Virus record (IMG/VR): IMGVR_UViG_3300027747_000004
Coordinates: 1-64,000 of that record
Length of the DNA stretch: 64,000 nucleotides
Reading direction: 5' to 3' (one strand)
From: a virus
Under the pieces are notes generated by a model, which saw only the letters and a program-made list of their open reading frames with translations, made no database searches and was not told where the DNA came from. A program made the position numbers and the translations under genes. Position 1 is the stretch's first letter. Every line of letters starts with the position of its first letter. Shown one piece after another: positions 31,563-40,128 of this stretch.

Positions 31563-31821
31563 CCTAAACGACTCGCAGCGCACCCGCCTGCGCGATTTGG
31601 CCAAGGTGCGCGGGGACAAAAACTACCCCATCATGCCCAACGTGGCCTTGGAGCAGTACATCGCCGAGCTCCGGGACCAGTACCCCGAGGCCTTCCACAG
31701 CTCGTACCAGACCATGACCAAGCGCGTCTTCATGGACGAGCCCACCACGGTGACCGCCCACGCCCGCTTCGTGCGCCCGCGCAGCGCGTCGCCCTACCAC
31801 ATCGTGCTGGTGGCCGCATGA
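31555..31821 (+). CDS. hypothetical protein
   Basis: AAGGA RBS; coupled to neighbours. Confidence 0.6.
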   Translation: MINLNDSQRTRLRDLAKVRGDKNYPIMPNVALEQYIAELRDQYPEAFHSSYQTMTKRVFMDEPTTVTAHARFVRPRSASPYHIVLVAA

Positions 31822-32051
31822 CCCAGCTCAACCAACTCAGTGGCATCGAGCTGGCCGTCTACGCGGCCGGTAGCCAGGCCAAGCTGGCCGACCTCTTGGG
31901 CTGCAGCCAGCAGAACGTCAGCGCGTGGCTGCGCCGGGGCTGGGCCCCGGCTGAGCGCGTGGTGGAGATTGAGCAGGCAACGGGCGTGGACCGCAAGCTG
32001 CTGGTCAACCCCAAGCTGCGCGACCTGCTGACCCCACCCGAGGCCTTCTGA
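31818..32051 (+). CDS. Cro/YdaS-like HTH regulator
   Basis: 'AGSQAKLADLLGCSQQNVSAW...P..RVVEIEQATGV'. Confidence 0.85.
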   Translation: MTQLNQLSGIELAVYAAGSQAKLADLLGCSQQNVSAWLRRGWAPAERVVEIEQATGVDRKLLVNPKLRDLLTPPEAF

Positions 32052-32064
32052 TAGACTCCGCGTC

Positions 32065-32158
32065 CGAACCCGGCTAGGGGTGGGGTAGCTCCCCACGCCG
32101 AAAGCGCCTTATCCACGCCCGCCGTCGTTCCTTTCTCTGGATAGCAACTGGATAAGCA
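32065..32158 (+). promoter_or_regulatory. structured 5' leader of the primase gene with an anti-RBS loop
   Basis: GTGGGG-TAGCT-CCCCAC hairpin; CTTATCCA (32108-32115) complementary to TGGATAAG (32149-32156) just before the ATG. Confidence 0.5.
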
Positions 32159-34189
32159 ATGTCACAACCAAATCCCGACCTGCCGCCGATCGGCAAGGTC
32201 TTTAACGGCGGCAACATCCCCGCCGAGCTCAGGGCACTGCGCCGGTGGGCCGTGTGGAAGGCCGTGTGGAACGAGGGCCGCCAGAAGTACGACAAGATCC
32301 CCTACAGCCCCCAGCACTTCGGCCTGAGCACCAAGAAGGTCTCCGAGTGGGGTGACTTCGACACCGCCTCCAAGGTCCTCACCCTCAACCCCACGCGCTA
32401 CTCCGGCCTTGGCCTGGTGCTCACCGGCATGACCGACGTGGTGGGCATCGACCTCGACAACTGCCGCAAGGACGGCCAGATCGCCCCGTGGGCGCGCGAG
32501 ATCGTCGACGCCATGGGCAGCTACACCGAGGTCAGCCCCAGCGGCACGGGCCTGCGGATCCTGGCCCTTGGCGAGTTCCACACCGACTGGAACAACCACG
32601 ACGTGGGCATCGAGGTGTACAGCGGCCACACGCCACGGTTCCTCACCATCACCGGCGACACCAAGCTGGCCCGGCCCATGGCCGCCGCCCGCCCCGAGGT
32701 GCTGCAGGGCCTGTTCGACGGCATGCGCAAGTCCACCATCAGCTCGGCCAACGTTATCCCGCTCGAGATGCCCGAGTTGGTCAACGAGCTGGCGCTGCCC
32801 GACGTGGCCGACATGCCCATCCCAGAGGCCACGCGCGACCTGCTGCTGCACGGGCCGGGCCCCGACGTCAGCGACCGCTCAGGCGCCCTGCACGCAGCCG
32901 GTGTGCAGCTCTACAGCGCGGGCTACGACGACGCCACGGTCCTGAGCATACTGGCGGCCAGCCAGCCGGTGATGGACATCGCCTTGGCCCACCGCCGGCA
33001 GGACCCCGACCGGGCGCTGGCTTACCTGTGGCTGGAGCACTGCACCAAGGCCAAGCCCAAGGCCACAACACCCACCGACATCCTGAGCGAGTTCGACGAC
33101 GTCTCAGCCGATCTGGAGGTGATCGCAAGCGCAAAAAAGGCGGCGGCCGCGGCCGTCATTCACGAGAACCGATTCAACATCGAGACGACCGCGGAGTTCG
33201 TTGTCAGGCGCAAGGCGACGTGGCTGATCAAGGGCGTGCTGCCCCGGGCCAATTTTGGCGTGTTCTACGGTGCCTCAGGCAGCGGCAAGAGCTTCTTCGT
33301 GTTTGACCTGGCCGCGGCCATCGCCCGGGGCGTCGACTGGCGGGGTAAGCGCACCACCAAGGCCCGCGTGCTGTGGATCGCGGCCGAGGGCCAGGAAGAC
33401 ATGCGCAAGCGCGTGCACGGCTACTGCATGGCGCAGGGCATCGAGCCCGGCGACTTGGAGATGTCGTTCATCAGCGACGCGCCCGACCTGCGCAACCTGG
33501 TCGACGTCAAGGCCCTGATCAAGCAGATCAAGAAAAAGGGCGAGTTCGACCTGATCGTCATCGACACGCTCGCGCAGGTCATGCCCGGGGGCAACGAGAA
33601 CAGCGGCGAGGACATGGGCATGGTCATGGGCCACTGCAAGGAGATCACGCGCGCAACGGGCGCTATGGTCGCCCCCGTCCACCACAGCGGCAAGGACGAG
33701 AGCCGGGGCGCCCGTGGCTGGTCGGGGCTCAGGGCGGCCTGCGACTTCGAGTTTGAGGTGATCCGCGTGGACGAAGATAGAGTCGCGACGGTGACCAAGA
33801 TGAAGGGCGGCGAGGACGGCGCGGAGTACGGCTTTCGCCTGCAGACCGTGGTGGTCGGCCAGGACGAGGACGGCGACGCTGAGACGACCTGCGTGGTGTC
33901 GTACACGGACAGCAGCCGGGCGACCGTGGTGGCCGCTGCCGGGCCCAAGGGCGACAACCAGAAGGTCATCATGGACAACGCGGTTTCCATGATCGACCTC
34001 GCGGGCGAGGGGGTTACGTTCAATGAGATTGTTTCGGTGGTCTGGCCGCTGTACCCACGGGGCGACGAGACCAAGCGCGACCAGCGCAAAAACAACGTCG
34101 GACGGGACCTGCGGGGGCTCATTTCGAGCGGTTTTTTGGTCCAAAACGACGCCGGCGTGGTCAGTCTGCCCCAGAAAAAGACCTTGTAA
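32159..34189 (+). CDS. primase-polymerase (AEP) fused to a RecA/AAA_25 helicase
   Basis: 'GIDLD', 'YTEVSPSGTGL', 'IEVY'; Walker A GASGSGKS, 'IVIDT', 'HHSGKD...RG.S'. Confidence 0.9.
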   Translation: MSQPNPDLPPIGKVFNGGNIPAELRALRRWAVWKAVWNEGRQKYDKIPYSPQHFGLSTKKVSEWGDFDTASKVLTLNPTRYSGLGLVLTGMTDVVGIDLDNCRKDGQIAPWAREIVDAMGSYTEVSPSGTGLRILALGEFHTDWNNHDVGIEVYSGHTPRFLTITGDTKLARPMAAARPEVLQGLFDGMRKSTISSANVIPLEMPELVNELALPDVADMPIPEATRDLLLHGPGPDVSDRSGALHAAGVQLYSAGYDDATVLSILAASQPVMDIALAHRRQDPDRALAYLWLEHCTKAKPKATTPTDILSEFDDVSADLEVIASAKKAAAAAVIHENRFNIETTAEFVVRRKATWLIKGVLPRANFGVFYGASGSGKSFFVFDLAAAIARGVDWRGKRTTKARVLWIAAEGQEDMRKRVHGYCMAQGIEPGDLEMSFISDAPDLRNLVDVKALIKQIKKKGEFDLIVIDTLAQVMPGGNENSGEDMGMVMGHCKEITRATGAMVAPVHHSGKDESRGARGWSGLRAACDFEFEVIRVDEDRVATVTKMKGGEDGAEYGFRLQTVVVGQDEDGDAETTCVVSYTDSSRATVVAAAGPKGDNQKVIMDNAVSMIDLAGEGVTFNEIVSVVWPLYPRGDETKRDQRKNNVGRDLRGLISSGFLVQNDAGVVSLPQKKTL

Positions 34190-34217
34190 TTCTTTGCGTG
34201 TTTGTAAATAAATGCGT

Positions 34218-34323
34218 GCTTCAAATGCTTCAAAGTGCTTCAGAAGGCTTCAGAAGCAGTGCAAGTTGCTTCATTCGCTTCATCCCCCTTTAGGGGGTGA
34301 AGCGTGAAGCAGAAGTTTGAAGC
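34218..34323. repeat. putative replication origin: 6 direct GCTTCA, CCCCC-TTTA-GGGGG palindrome, 3 inverted TGAAGC
   Basis: seen directly downstream of the primase-helicase; followed by an A/T tract. Confidence 0.65.
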
Positions 34324-34384
34324 ACATGTGTGCAAAAAACAACAAACAAAAAATAAATAAAATTTTTTTTGCCTGAGGTGAAAA

Positions 34385-34407
34385 ATACAATAAAACCGTT
34401 GTATACT
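34385..34407 (+). promoter_or_regulatory. early promoter/operator ATACAA-N8-TTGTATACT
   Basis: near-identical element at 37167-37189. Confidence 0.6.
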
Positions 34408-34465
34408 TCATCCATCGCAGCAAACACTGCGATGCTTCTTAAACACAAACAAACGGAGTTTCAAA

Positions 34466-34750
34466 ATGGCAAAAGCAAAACTGGTGGTGGAGTTGAACGA
34501 AAGCTCAGTGGACCGACTGGGCATGTTGTTGGCGCAGATCGCTGACCTGACCGCAGAGGCTGACGCGATCAAGGACGCGATCAAGAAGTCTGGTGAGAGC
34601 CGCGAGGGCGTGTTCTTCTCGGCATCGTTCGTTGACAGCGACCGCAAGATCTTCGACAAGGACTTCTTCATCGAGCAGCACGGCGCTGAGATGTACGACG
34701 ACTACACCAAGAACATCGTGGTGCGCTCGGTGCGCGTCACCTCCCGTTAA
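34466..34750 (+). CDS. hypothetical protein
   Basis: GGAG RBS; phage codon bias. Confidence 0.7.
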   Translation: MAKAKLVVELNESSVDRLGMLLAQIADLTAEADAIKDAIKKSGESREGVFFSASFVDSDRKIFDKDFFIEQHGAEMYDDYTKNIVVRSVRVTSR

Positions 34751-34754
34751 ACCC

Positions 34755-34778
34755 CCCGCCCCTTCGGGGGCATTTTTT
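34755..34778 (+). terminator. GCCCC-TTCG-GGGGC-ATTTTTT hairpin (copy 1 of a 24-bp direct repeat)
   Basis: identical copy at 35663-35686. Confidence 0.65.
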
Positions 34779-34791
34779 GAAAGACCTGACC

Positions 34792-35658
34792 ATGTTCCGT
34801 TACGCATCCTCTTCCAAGCAGTCCGAGTTCCGTTCGCAGCTGCCCCTGTCCAACGCCCAGATCGCCTACCACGCGCCCAGCGTGATGGCCACCGAGGCCC
34901 ACGAGTCCCGCGGTGAGCGCTACAGCTTCATCCCGACCATCCAGGTGATCGACGGCCTGCGCTCCGAGGGCTTCGAGCCCTACGAGATCCGCCAGACCAA
35001 GGTCCGCGACGCCGGCAAGCGTGAGCACACCAAGCACATGGTGCGCATGCGTCACCACAGCCAGATCACCACCAAAGACGAGGTGCCCGAGATCATCCTG
35101 CTCAACAGCCACGACGGCAGCTCGTCTTACCAGATCCTGTCGGGCGTGTTCCGCTTCGTGTGCTCCAACGGCCTGATCGCCGGCGACATGTTCGACAACG
35201 TGCGCGTCCGTCATACCGGCAACGTCGTGGACGACGTCATCGAGGGCGCTACCCGGGTCCTCGAGGACGCAAAGCAGATCGGCTACCGCATCGACGAGTA
35301 CAAGGGCATCACGCTGACCGGTGAAGAGCAGCGCGCCTTGGCCACCGCGGCCGTGCAGCTGCGCTGGGGCGACGAGGCACCGGTGCAGGCCACCCGCCTG
35401 CTGCAGGCCAACCGCTGGGAGGACCGCAAGGACGACCTGTGGACGACCTTCAACCGCGTGCAGGAGAACATGCTCAAGGGCGGCGTGCCCGGGCGCTCCG
35501 CAACCGGCCGTCGCACCACCACGCGGGCCGTGGGCGGCGTCACCGAGAACGTCAAGCTCAACAAGGCCCTGTGGACTTTGGCCGACAGCATGGCGGCCCT
35601 GAAGACGTCCCAGGCAGCCGACGCGTTCATCGCGAAGTACGAGCACGCGTACATGTAA
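34792..35658 (+). CDS. DUF932/DUF945-family protein
   Basis: 'APSV....HESR.ERY.FIPT', 'TKHMVRMR', 'LLNSHDGSSS', 'FRFVCSNG', 'DLWTTFNRVQE', 'LNKALW'. Confidence 0.85.
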   Translation: MFRYASSSKQSEFRSQLPLSNAQIAYHAPSVMATEAHESRGERYSFIPTIQVIDGLRSEGFEPYEIRQTKVRDAGKREHTKHMVRMRHHSQITTKDEVPEIILLNSHDGSSSYQILSGVFRFVCSNGLIAGDMFDNVRVRHTGNVVDDVIEGATRVLEDAKQIGYRIDEYKGITLTGEEQRALATAAVQLRWGDEAPVQATRLLQANRWEDRKDDLWTTFNRVQENMLKGGVPGRSATGRRTTTRAVGGVTENVKLNKALWTLADSMAALKTSQAADAFIAKYEHAYM

Positions 35659-35662
35659 ACAA

Positions 35663-35686
35663 CCCGCCCCTTCGGGGGCATTTTTT
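35663..35686 (+). terminator. GCCCC-TTCG-GGGGC-ATTTTTT hairpin (copy 2)
   Basis: identical to 34755-34778. Confidence 0.65.
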
Positions 35687-35697
35687 AGGAGATAGCC

Positions 35698-36033
35698 ATG
35701 CAGACAGTAATTATCGGAAAGGCCCGCTACACCATACGCGACGACCGCGTTGGGTTCTTGGAGCAGGCGCTCAAGTGCACCGGCAAGCACAAGCCGGTGA
35801 AGGCCAAGGGCGGCGTGTCCCGCAACTTCCCCCGCTACGGTGCGCAGAGTAGCACCGCGGACTATGTCCGCGAGTACCACATCGCCAACGCCGGGGTCTA
35901 CACGGCCACCGACGGTAGGGGCAAGATCTACGGGCACAAGGAGTACGTGCAGTCGGTCCTGGACATGTACCAGCCCCTGAGCACGGGCATCACGGTGCCC
36001 GAGGGCGTGGACAGCATGGAGGTGGAGGCATGA
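35698..36033 (+). CDS. hypothetical protein
   Basis: AGGAG RBS. Confidence 0.7.
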   Translation: MQTVIIGKARYTIRDDRVGFLEQALKCTGKHKPVKAKGGVSRNFPRYGAQSSTADYVREYHIANAGVYTATDGRGKIYGHKEYVQSVLDMYQPLSTGITVPEGVDSMEVEA

Positions 36034-36257
36034 GCACCGCGGCCACAAAAACCCCCGCCAAACGGGCCAAAACGGCCGTTCCTGAGCCCGTGGCCGAGTA
36101 CCGCATGCCCACAGAGGTTGCGGACTGGATCAAGCGCGCAGAGGCCCGTATCACGTTCATGGCGGCCCAGATTTTGGAGTTGAAGGAGACCAACGCGAAG
36201 CTGCGCAGGGCGAACAAGGTAATGGAGGCCCGGGTCATGGGCCAGTCACAGGAGTAA
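36030..36257 (+). CDS. hypothetical coiled-coil protein
   Basis: GGAGG RBS, ATGA overlap. Confidence 0.65.
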   Translation: MSTAATKTPAKRAKTAVPEPVAEYRMPTEVADWIKRAEARITFMAAQILELKETNAKLRRANKVMEARVMGQSQE

Positions 36258-36260
36258 AGA

Positions 36261-36515
36261 ATGGAAAAAGAACTGAGCCCCCTCGCCCGGCAGCTGCTGG
36301 GCACCAACAACCACGTAAAGTTTTACACCCAGCAGGAGTTCGACCAGGCGCTGGCCTTGGCCAAGGCCGAGATCATGGCGGTGGCCGTGCAGACCACCAA
36401 GCACGCCATCGCGATCGAGAACGAGGCCTGCGCAGAGCTGGCCGAGCAGTGCGTCGACATCGAGCAGCTGGCCGACAAGATCCGCAACCGATGGAAGCGG
36501 CCGACGGCACATTGA
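36261..36515 (+). CDS. hypothetical protein
   Basis: AGGAG RBS; 'ENEACA...ADKIRNR' motif. Confidence 0.65.
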   Translation: MEKELSPLARQLLGTNNHVKFYTQQEFDQALALAKAEIMAVAVQTTKHAIAIENEACAELAEQCVDIEQLADKIRNRWKRPTAH

Positions 36516-36605
36516 ACTTTACAAAACTTTACAATTGAGCATGCCTCAAACTGTAACTTCGTGTTACAGTAGAGGCTCTTCAACACACACACACTGGAGT
36601 TCACC

Positions 36606-36854
36606 ATGACCAAGACCCTTCTCGAAATTGCTGTCAGCCGCCTGCACAAGGCAGGATACCGCGCATCGCCGTCCAACATGTACGGTGGCTACATCACCGT
36701 GCTGGTGCCCGCGGACGGCGGACACAACCGCGTGACGATCCACCACACTGAGCTGTATTCCTTCCTGAATGCCCGCACGCCATGGAAGCACAACGCGCCC
36801 CTGAACCCTGAGTTCCGTGGCGCAGACCGCGCACGGATTGGCGAAGACTACTGA
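36606..36854 (+). CDS. hypothetical protein
   Basis: ACACACACTGGAG leader shared with the gene at 37221. Confidence 0.6.
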   Translation: MTKTLLEIAVSRLHKAGYRASPSNMYGGYITVLVPADGGHNRVTIHHTELYSFLNARTPWKHNAPLNPEFRGADRARIGEDY

Positions 36855-36877
36855 TCAACCGAGCAGGAGAAACCATC

Positions 36878-37111
36878 ATGCAAACCACCACTTTTACAGC
36901 ACTTATTGCAAATAACGCATGGATTCTGCGTTTGGTTAATGGCCCTCATATGGGTCTTGAAGAGGTCAAACAGCATTGGCCTGAAGCTAAGTGGATCTTG
37001 CCCTTTCGCCGCAATGAGTGCGGTGATATTTGCGTTCAGTATGCAATTGAGGGCGAGGAGGCCATGAAGTATGGCTTCAAGCAAAATCAGAAATTTCAGT
37101 TTCAGGCATAA
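36878..37111 (+). CDS. hypothetical protein (AT-richer)
   Basis: AGGAG RBS; followed by a hairpin at 37117-37139. Confidence 0.6.
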   Translation: MQTTTFTALIANNAWILRLVNGPHMGLEEVKQHWPEAKWILPFRRNECGDICVQYAIEGEEAMKYGFKQNQKFQFQA

Positions 37112-37220
37112 ATCAAACGGGGCTTCGGCCCCCGTCTTTACAAAACTTTACAATTGACCCCAACAAATACAACAAAAGGGTTGTATACTTCGTCCATACC
37201 AACACACACTGGAGTAAAAA

Positions 37221-37388
37221 ATGCACAACCCAATCACCGATTCCAAAGTCATCGGACGCGCACCGGACGGCTCGCCTTTGCGCACCTGGGCTGAAGGCTC
37301 ACGCACCTTCGTCGAGACCTACGGCTACTTCACCGCAACATCTGGCACCCGCTACGGCGTGGTGCTCGTTGTTGAGACCACCGCCTAA
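37221..37388 (+). CDS. 55-aa hypothetical protein (not in ORF track)
   Basis: CTGGAG RBS after a promoter-like element; MHNPITDSKVIGRAPDG...VETTA. Confidence 0.6.
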   Translation: MHNPITDSKVIGRAPDGSPLRTWAEGSRTFVETYGYFTATSGTRYGVVLVVETTA

Positions 37389-37410
37389 CACACCCACACA
37401 GGAGATCACC

Positions 37411-37608
37411 ATGGACCACACCACAATCACCACAGAGATCGGCACCCGCGTCAGCGTGGACGCGTACGAGAACTGGGACACCAAAGGCGCCCCGGACAAC
37501 GTCTGGCTCAGCATCGCTGTGCCCATGGCCAGCGCGAGCGTGGTGCTGACACCCGCCCAGGCCAAGGAGTTGGCCGCAACCCTGATCGCCTTCGCGGAGG
37601 CCGCATGA
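37411..37608 (+). CDS. hypothetical protein
   Basis: AGGAG RBS before ATG 37411. Confidence 0.65.
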   Translation: MDHTTITTEIGTRVSVDAYENWDTKGAPDNVWLSIAVPMASASVVLTPAQAKELAATLIAFAEAA

Positions 37609-37745
37609 GCCGCGAGGAGTACCTGGCCCGGCGCGAGTGGCTGATGGACACCTACGGCTTCACGGGCCAGGAGGCCTTTGAGGCCGCGTACTACGACAAC
37701 GACCCCGAGATGTGGGTCGGCAGCGAGTGGGAGGTGACGGCATGA
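37605..37745 (+). CDS. 46-aa hypothetical protein (not in ORF track)
   Basis: GGAGG RBS; ATGA overlaps at both ends. Confidence 0.55.
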   Translation: MSREEYLARREWLMDTYGFTGQEAFEAAYYDNDPEMWVGSEWEVTA

Positions 37746-37948
37746 ACATCGACCGAATTCCAACCTGCGCGGTCTGCCGTAGGCCCGTGGACAGTTTCAC
37801 CGTGGAGTACGACCCGACTCGGGATGTGCGAGTGTTCCGGGCGGACTGCCATGGGGAGACGCAGCAGGTGGCGCTCACGTCAGTGTTCATGCTGAACGCG
37901 GACCACGTAGAGATGGGCCTGGCGTTCGAGAGGTTGGCTTTGCGATAA
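37742..37948 (+). CDS. hypothetical Zn-ribbon-like protein
   Basis: GGAGG RBS; CAVC...CHG. Confidence 0.55.
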   Translation: MNIDRIPTCAVCRRPVDSFTVEYDPTRDVRVFRADCHGETQQVALTSVFMLNADHVEMGLAFERLALR

Positions 37949-37990
37949 ACTCCGCCCCAACGCGCTGAGAGATGCGCTAAGGAGCAGAGT

Positions 37991-38488
37991 ATGGCAACAG
38001 GAAAAAAATTGGGTCGTCCGCCGGGCGGCTCCATCTACCCCAACAAAGAGCTGATAAAGGACGAGATCGTCGCGTGGCTGTCTGAGGGCAAGACGCTGCG
38101 CGATTACTGCCGTCAGGAGGAGCGCCCGTCGTTCAAAACGATATACGATTGGGAGGCGCAAGACGCAGATTTCGCCACACGCATCGCGCGAGCTCGGGAC
38201 ATCGGCTCGGACTCCATCGCCGACGAGTGCCTTGCAATTATTGACGCGGAGCCCCTTGCGGTGTTCGACGAGGCCGGCAACAAGCGCTACGACTCCGGCA
38301 GCATCGCGTGGAACAAGAACCGCGCCGAGCAGCGCATCAAGCTGCTGGCAAAGTGGAACCCGCGCAAGTACGGTGACCGCACCGTGGTGGCCGGCGACGA
38401 TCAGGCGCCTTTGGTAACCGAGGTCAAGTTCGACATATTCGGCGAGCTGCTGAAGAACATCGCGCTCACGCGCCAGGCCAATGACTGA
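37991..38488 (+). CDS. terS: terminase small subunit
   Basis: 'GRPP', HTH 'GKTLRDYC...PSFKTIYDW', 'AR..G.D..ADE', 'KWNPRKYGD'. Confidence 0.85.
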   Translation: MATGKKLGRPPGGSIYPNKELIKDEIVAWLSEGKTLRDYCRQEERPSFKTIYDWEAQDADFATRIARARDIGSDSIADECLAIIDAEPLAVFDEAGNKRYDSGSIAWNKNRAEQRIKLLAKWNPRKYGDRTVVAGDDQAPLVTEVKFDIFGELLKNIALTRQAND

Positions 38489-38684
38489 CAGGGTACCCAT
38501 GCCGGAAATAGTCTGGGGCGAGTTCTGGACCCCGCCGGTGGACGACGACTTACCTATACCCGAGGGCGTAGAGTTTGACCCAGAAACCGGGCGCTACCGG
38601 CGCGCTTTGGACAAAACGGCGCGCAATGCTTGGCTGCAGCGCGAGATGTCAGACATTCGAGCGTGGCTGAAGGTGGCGCAGTGA
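38481..38684 (+). CDS. hypothetical protein
   Basis: overlaps the terS stop and the terL start. Confidence 0.5.
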   Translation: MTDRVPMPEIVWGEFWTPPVDDDLPIPEGVEFDPETGRYRRALDKTARNAWLQREMSDIRAWLKVAQ

Positions 38685-40099
38685 GCCAGGTCGCCGAGCT
38701 GCTGCAGGACCCCGCGGTCCGCGAGAAGTACGCCAAGCTGCCCGACACGATGCGCACCGCCTTCGACTGGCGGGCGCGGTGGCTCATGAAGGCGCACAAG
38801 TTCCAGCTTGAGCCCATGGACCAGCCTTGGTCGATCTGGCTGATGCTCGGCGGCCGCGGCTCGGGCAAGACGCGCACGTCGGCCGAGACCATCGGCTGGT
38901 GGGCGTGGGAGCAGCCCGGCACGCGGTGGCTGCTGGCGGCCCCCACCGGCTCGGACATCCGGGCGACCTGCATTGAGGGCGAGTCAGGCCTATTGGCCGT
39001 CATCCCGCCGACGCTGGTGGAGAAGTACAACAGCTCGCTGCACGAGATCACGCTGGTCAACGGCTCGCTGATCAAGGGCATCCCGGCGTCTGAGCCCGAG
39101 CGCTTTCGCGGCGGCCAGTGGCACGGCGCATGGTGCGACGAGCTCGCGGCGTGGGACTACCTGCAGGAGGCGTGGGACATGATCCAGTTCGCGGTCCGAC
39201 TGGGGCAGCACACGCGCATCATCTGCTCCACCACGCCCAAGCCCAAGCCCGTGGTCATGGACCTGATCGACCGCAACGGCGACGACGTCGTGGTGACCAC
39301 CGCGTCGACCTACGTCAACATCAAGAACCTGGCCCCGTCGTTCCAAAAGCAGATCCTGCAGTACGAGGGCACCAAGCTCGGCCGCCAGGAGATCCACGCC
39401 GAGATCATTGACCCGGAGGAGTCGGGCATCGTCAAGCGCGACTGGTTCCGCCTGTGGCCCAACGGCCGGCCCTTCCCCAAGTTCGAGTACGTGGTGCAGA
39501 GCGTGGACTGCGCGGCCTCGGAGAAGACGCACAACGACCCGACGGCGCACATCACCTTCGGCGTGTTCAAGCCCGAGGACGGCGGCATGTGCGCGATGGT
39601 GATCGACTGCTGGCAGGACCACCTGCAGTACCCCGACCTGCGCCCGCGCATCCTGGACGAGTACGAGACGGTGTACGGCGAGGGCCGCGAGAAGAAGCGC
39701 GTGGACCTGCTGCTGATCGAGGACAAGAGCGCCGGCATCAGCCTGCTGCAGGACCTGCGCCGGGCCGGCGTGCCCGTGCAGGCCTACAACCCGGGCCGGG
39801 CCGACAAGATCCAGCGCCTGTCCATCGTGGCCAACATCATCAAGGCCGGGCGCGTCTGGATCCCCGAGTCGGGCAACCGCAAGGGCTTCGTGCGCGACTG
39901 GGCCGAGGGCATGGTCAGCCAGGTCTGCAGCTTCCCCGAGGGCACGGCGCACGACGACTTTGTTGACGCCATGAGCCAGGCTCTGCGATACTTGCGCGAC
40001 GCGGGGTGGCTGACCATTGACTTCCCGCGGGAGTGGGTGGACGAGGAGGACTACGCCGACGCCAACCCGCGCAAGAGGGAAAACCCATACGCGGTATAA
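38681..40099 (+). CDS. terL: terminase large subunit
   Basis: Walker A GGRGSGKT, 'WCDE', 'STTP', RNase H-like 'SVD', 'HDDFVDA'; GTG start at 38681. Confidence 0.95.
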   Translation: MSQVAELLQDPAVREKYAKLPDTMRTAFDWRARWLMKAHKFQLEPMDQPWSIWLMLGGRGSGKTRTSAETIGWWAWEQPGTRWLLAAPTGSDIRATCIEGESGLLAVIPPTLVEKYNSSLHEITLVNGSLIKGIPASEPERFRGGQWHGAWCDELAAWDYLQEAWDMIQFAVRLGQHTRIICSTTPKPKPVVMDLIDRNGDDVVVTTASTYVNIKNLAPSFQKQILQYEGTKLGRQEIHAEIIDPEESGIVKRDWFRLWPNGRPFPKFEYVVQSVDCAASEKTHNDPTAHITFGVFKPEDGGMCAMVIDCWQDHLQYPDLRPRILDEYETVYGEGREKKRVDLLLIEDKSAGISLLQDLRRAGVPVQAYNPGRADKIQRLSIVANIIKAGRVWIPESGNRKGFVRDWAEGMVSQVCSFPEGTAHDDFVDAMSQALRYLRDAGWLTIDFPREWVDEEDYADANPRKRENPYAV

Positions 40100-40128
40100 A
40101 ATGCCCGCAAACCACGCAGGACCCAGCC

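Noticed and set aside
34218-34323. CRISPR-like array
   Set aside because: The 6-bp units with mostly 3-4 bp spacing are far too short.
21700-38000. Lysogeny module
   Set aside because: No integrase, partition genes or CI-type repressor recognised; only two Cro-like HTH genes.
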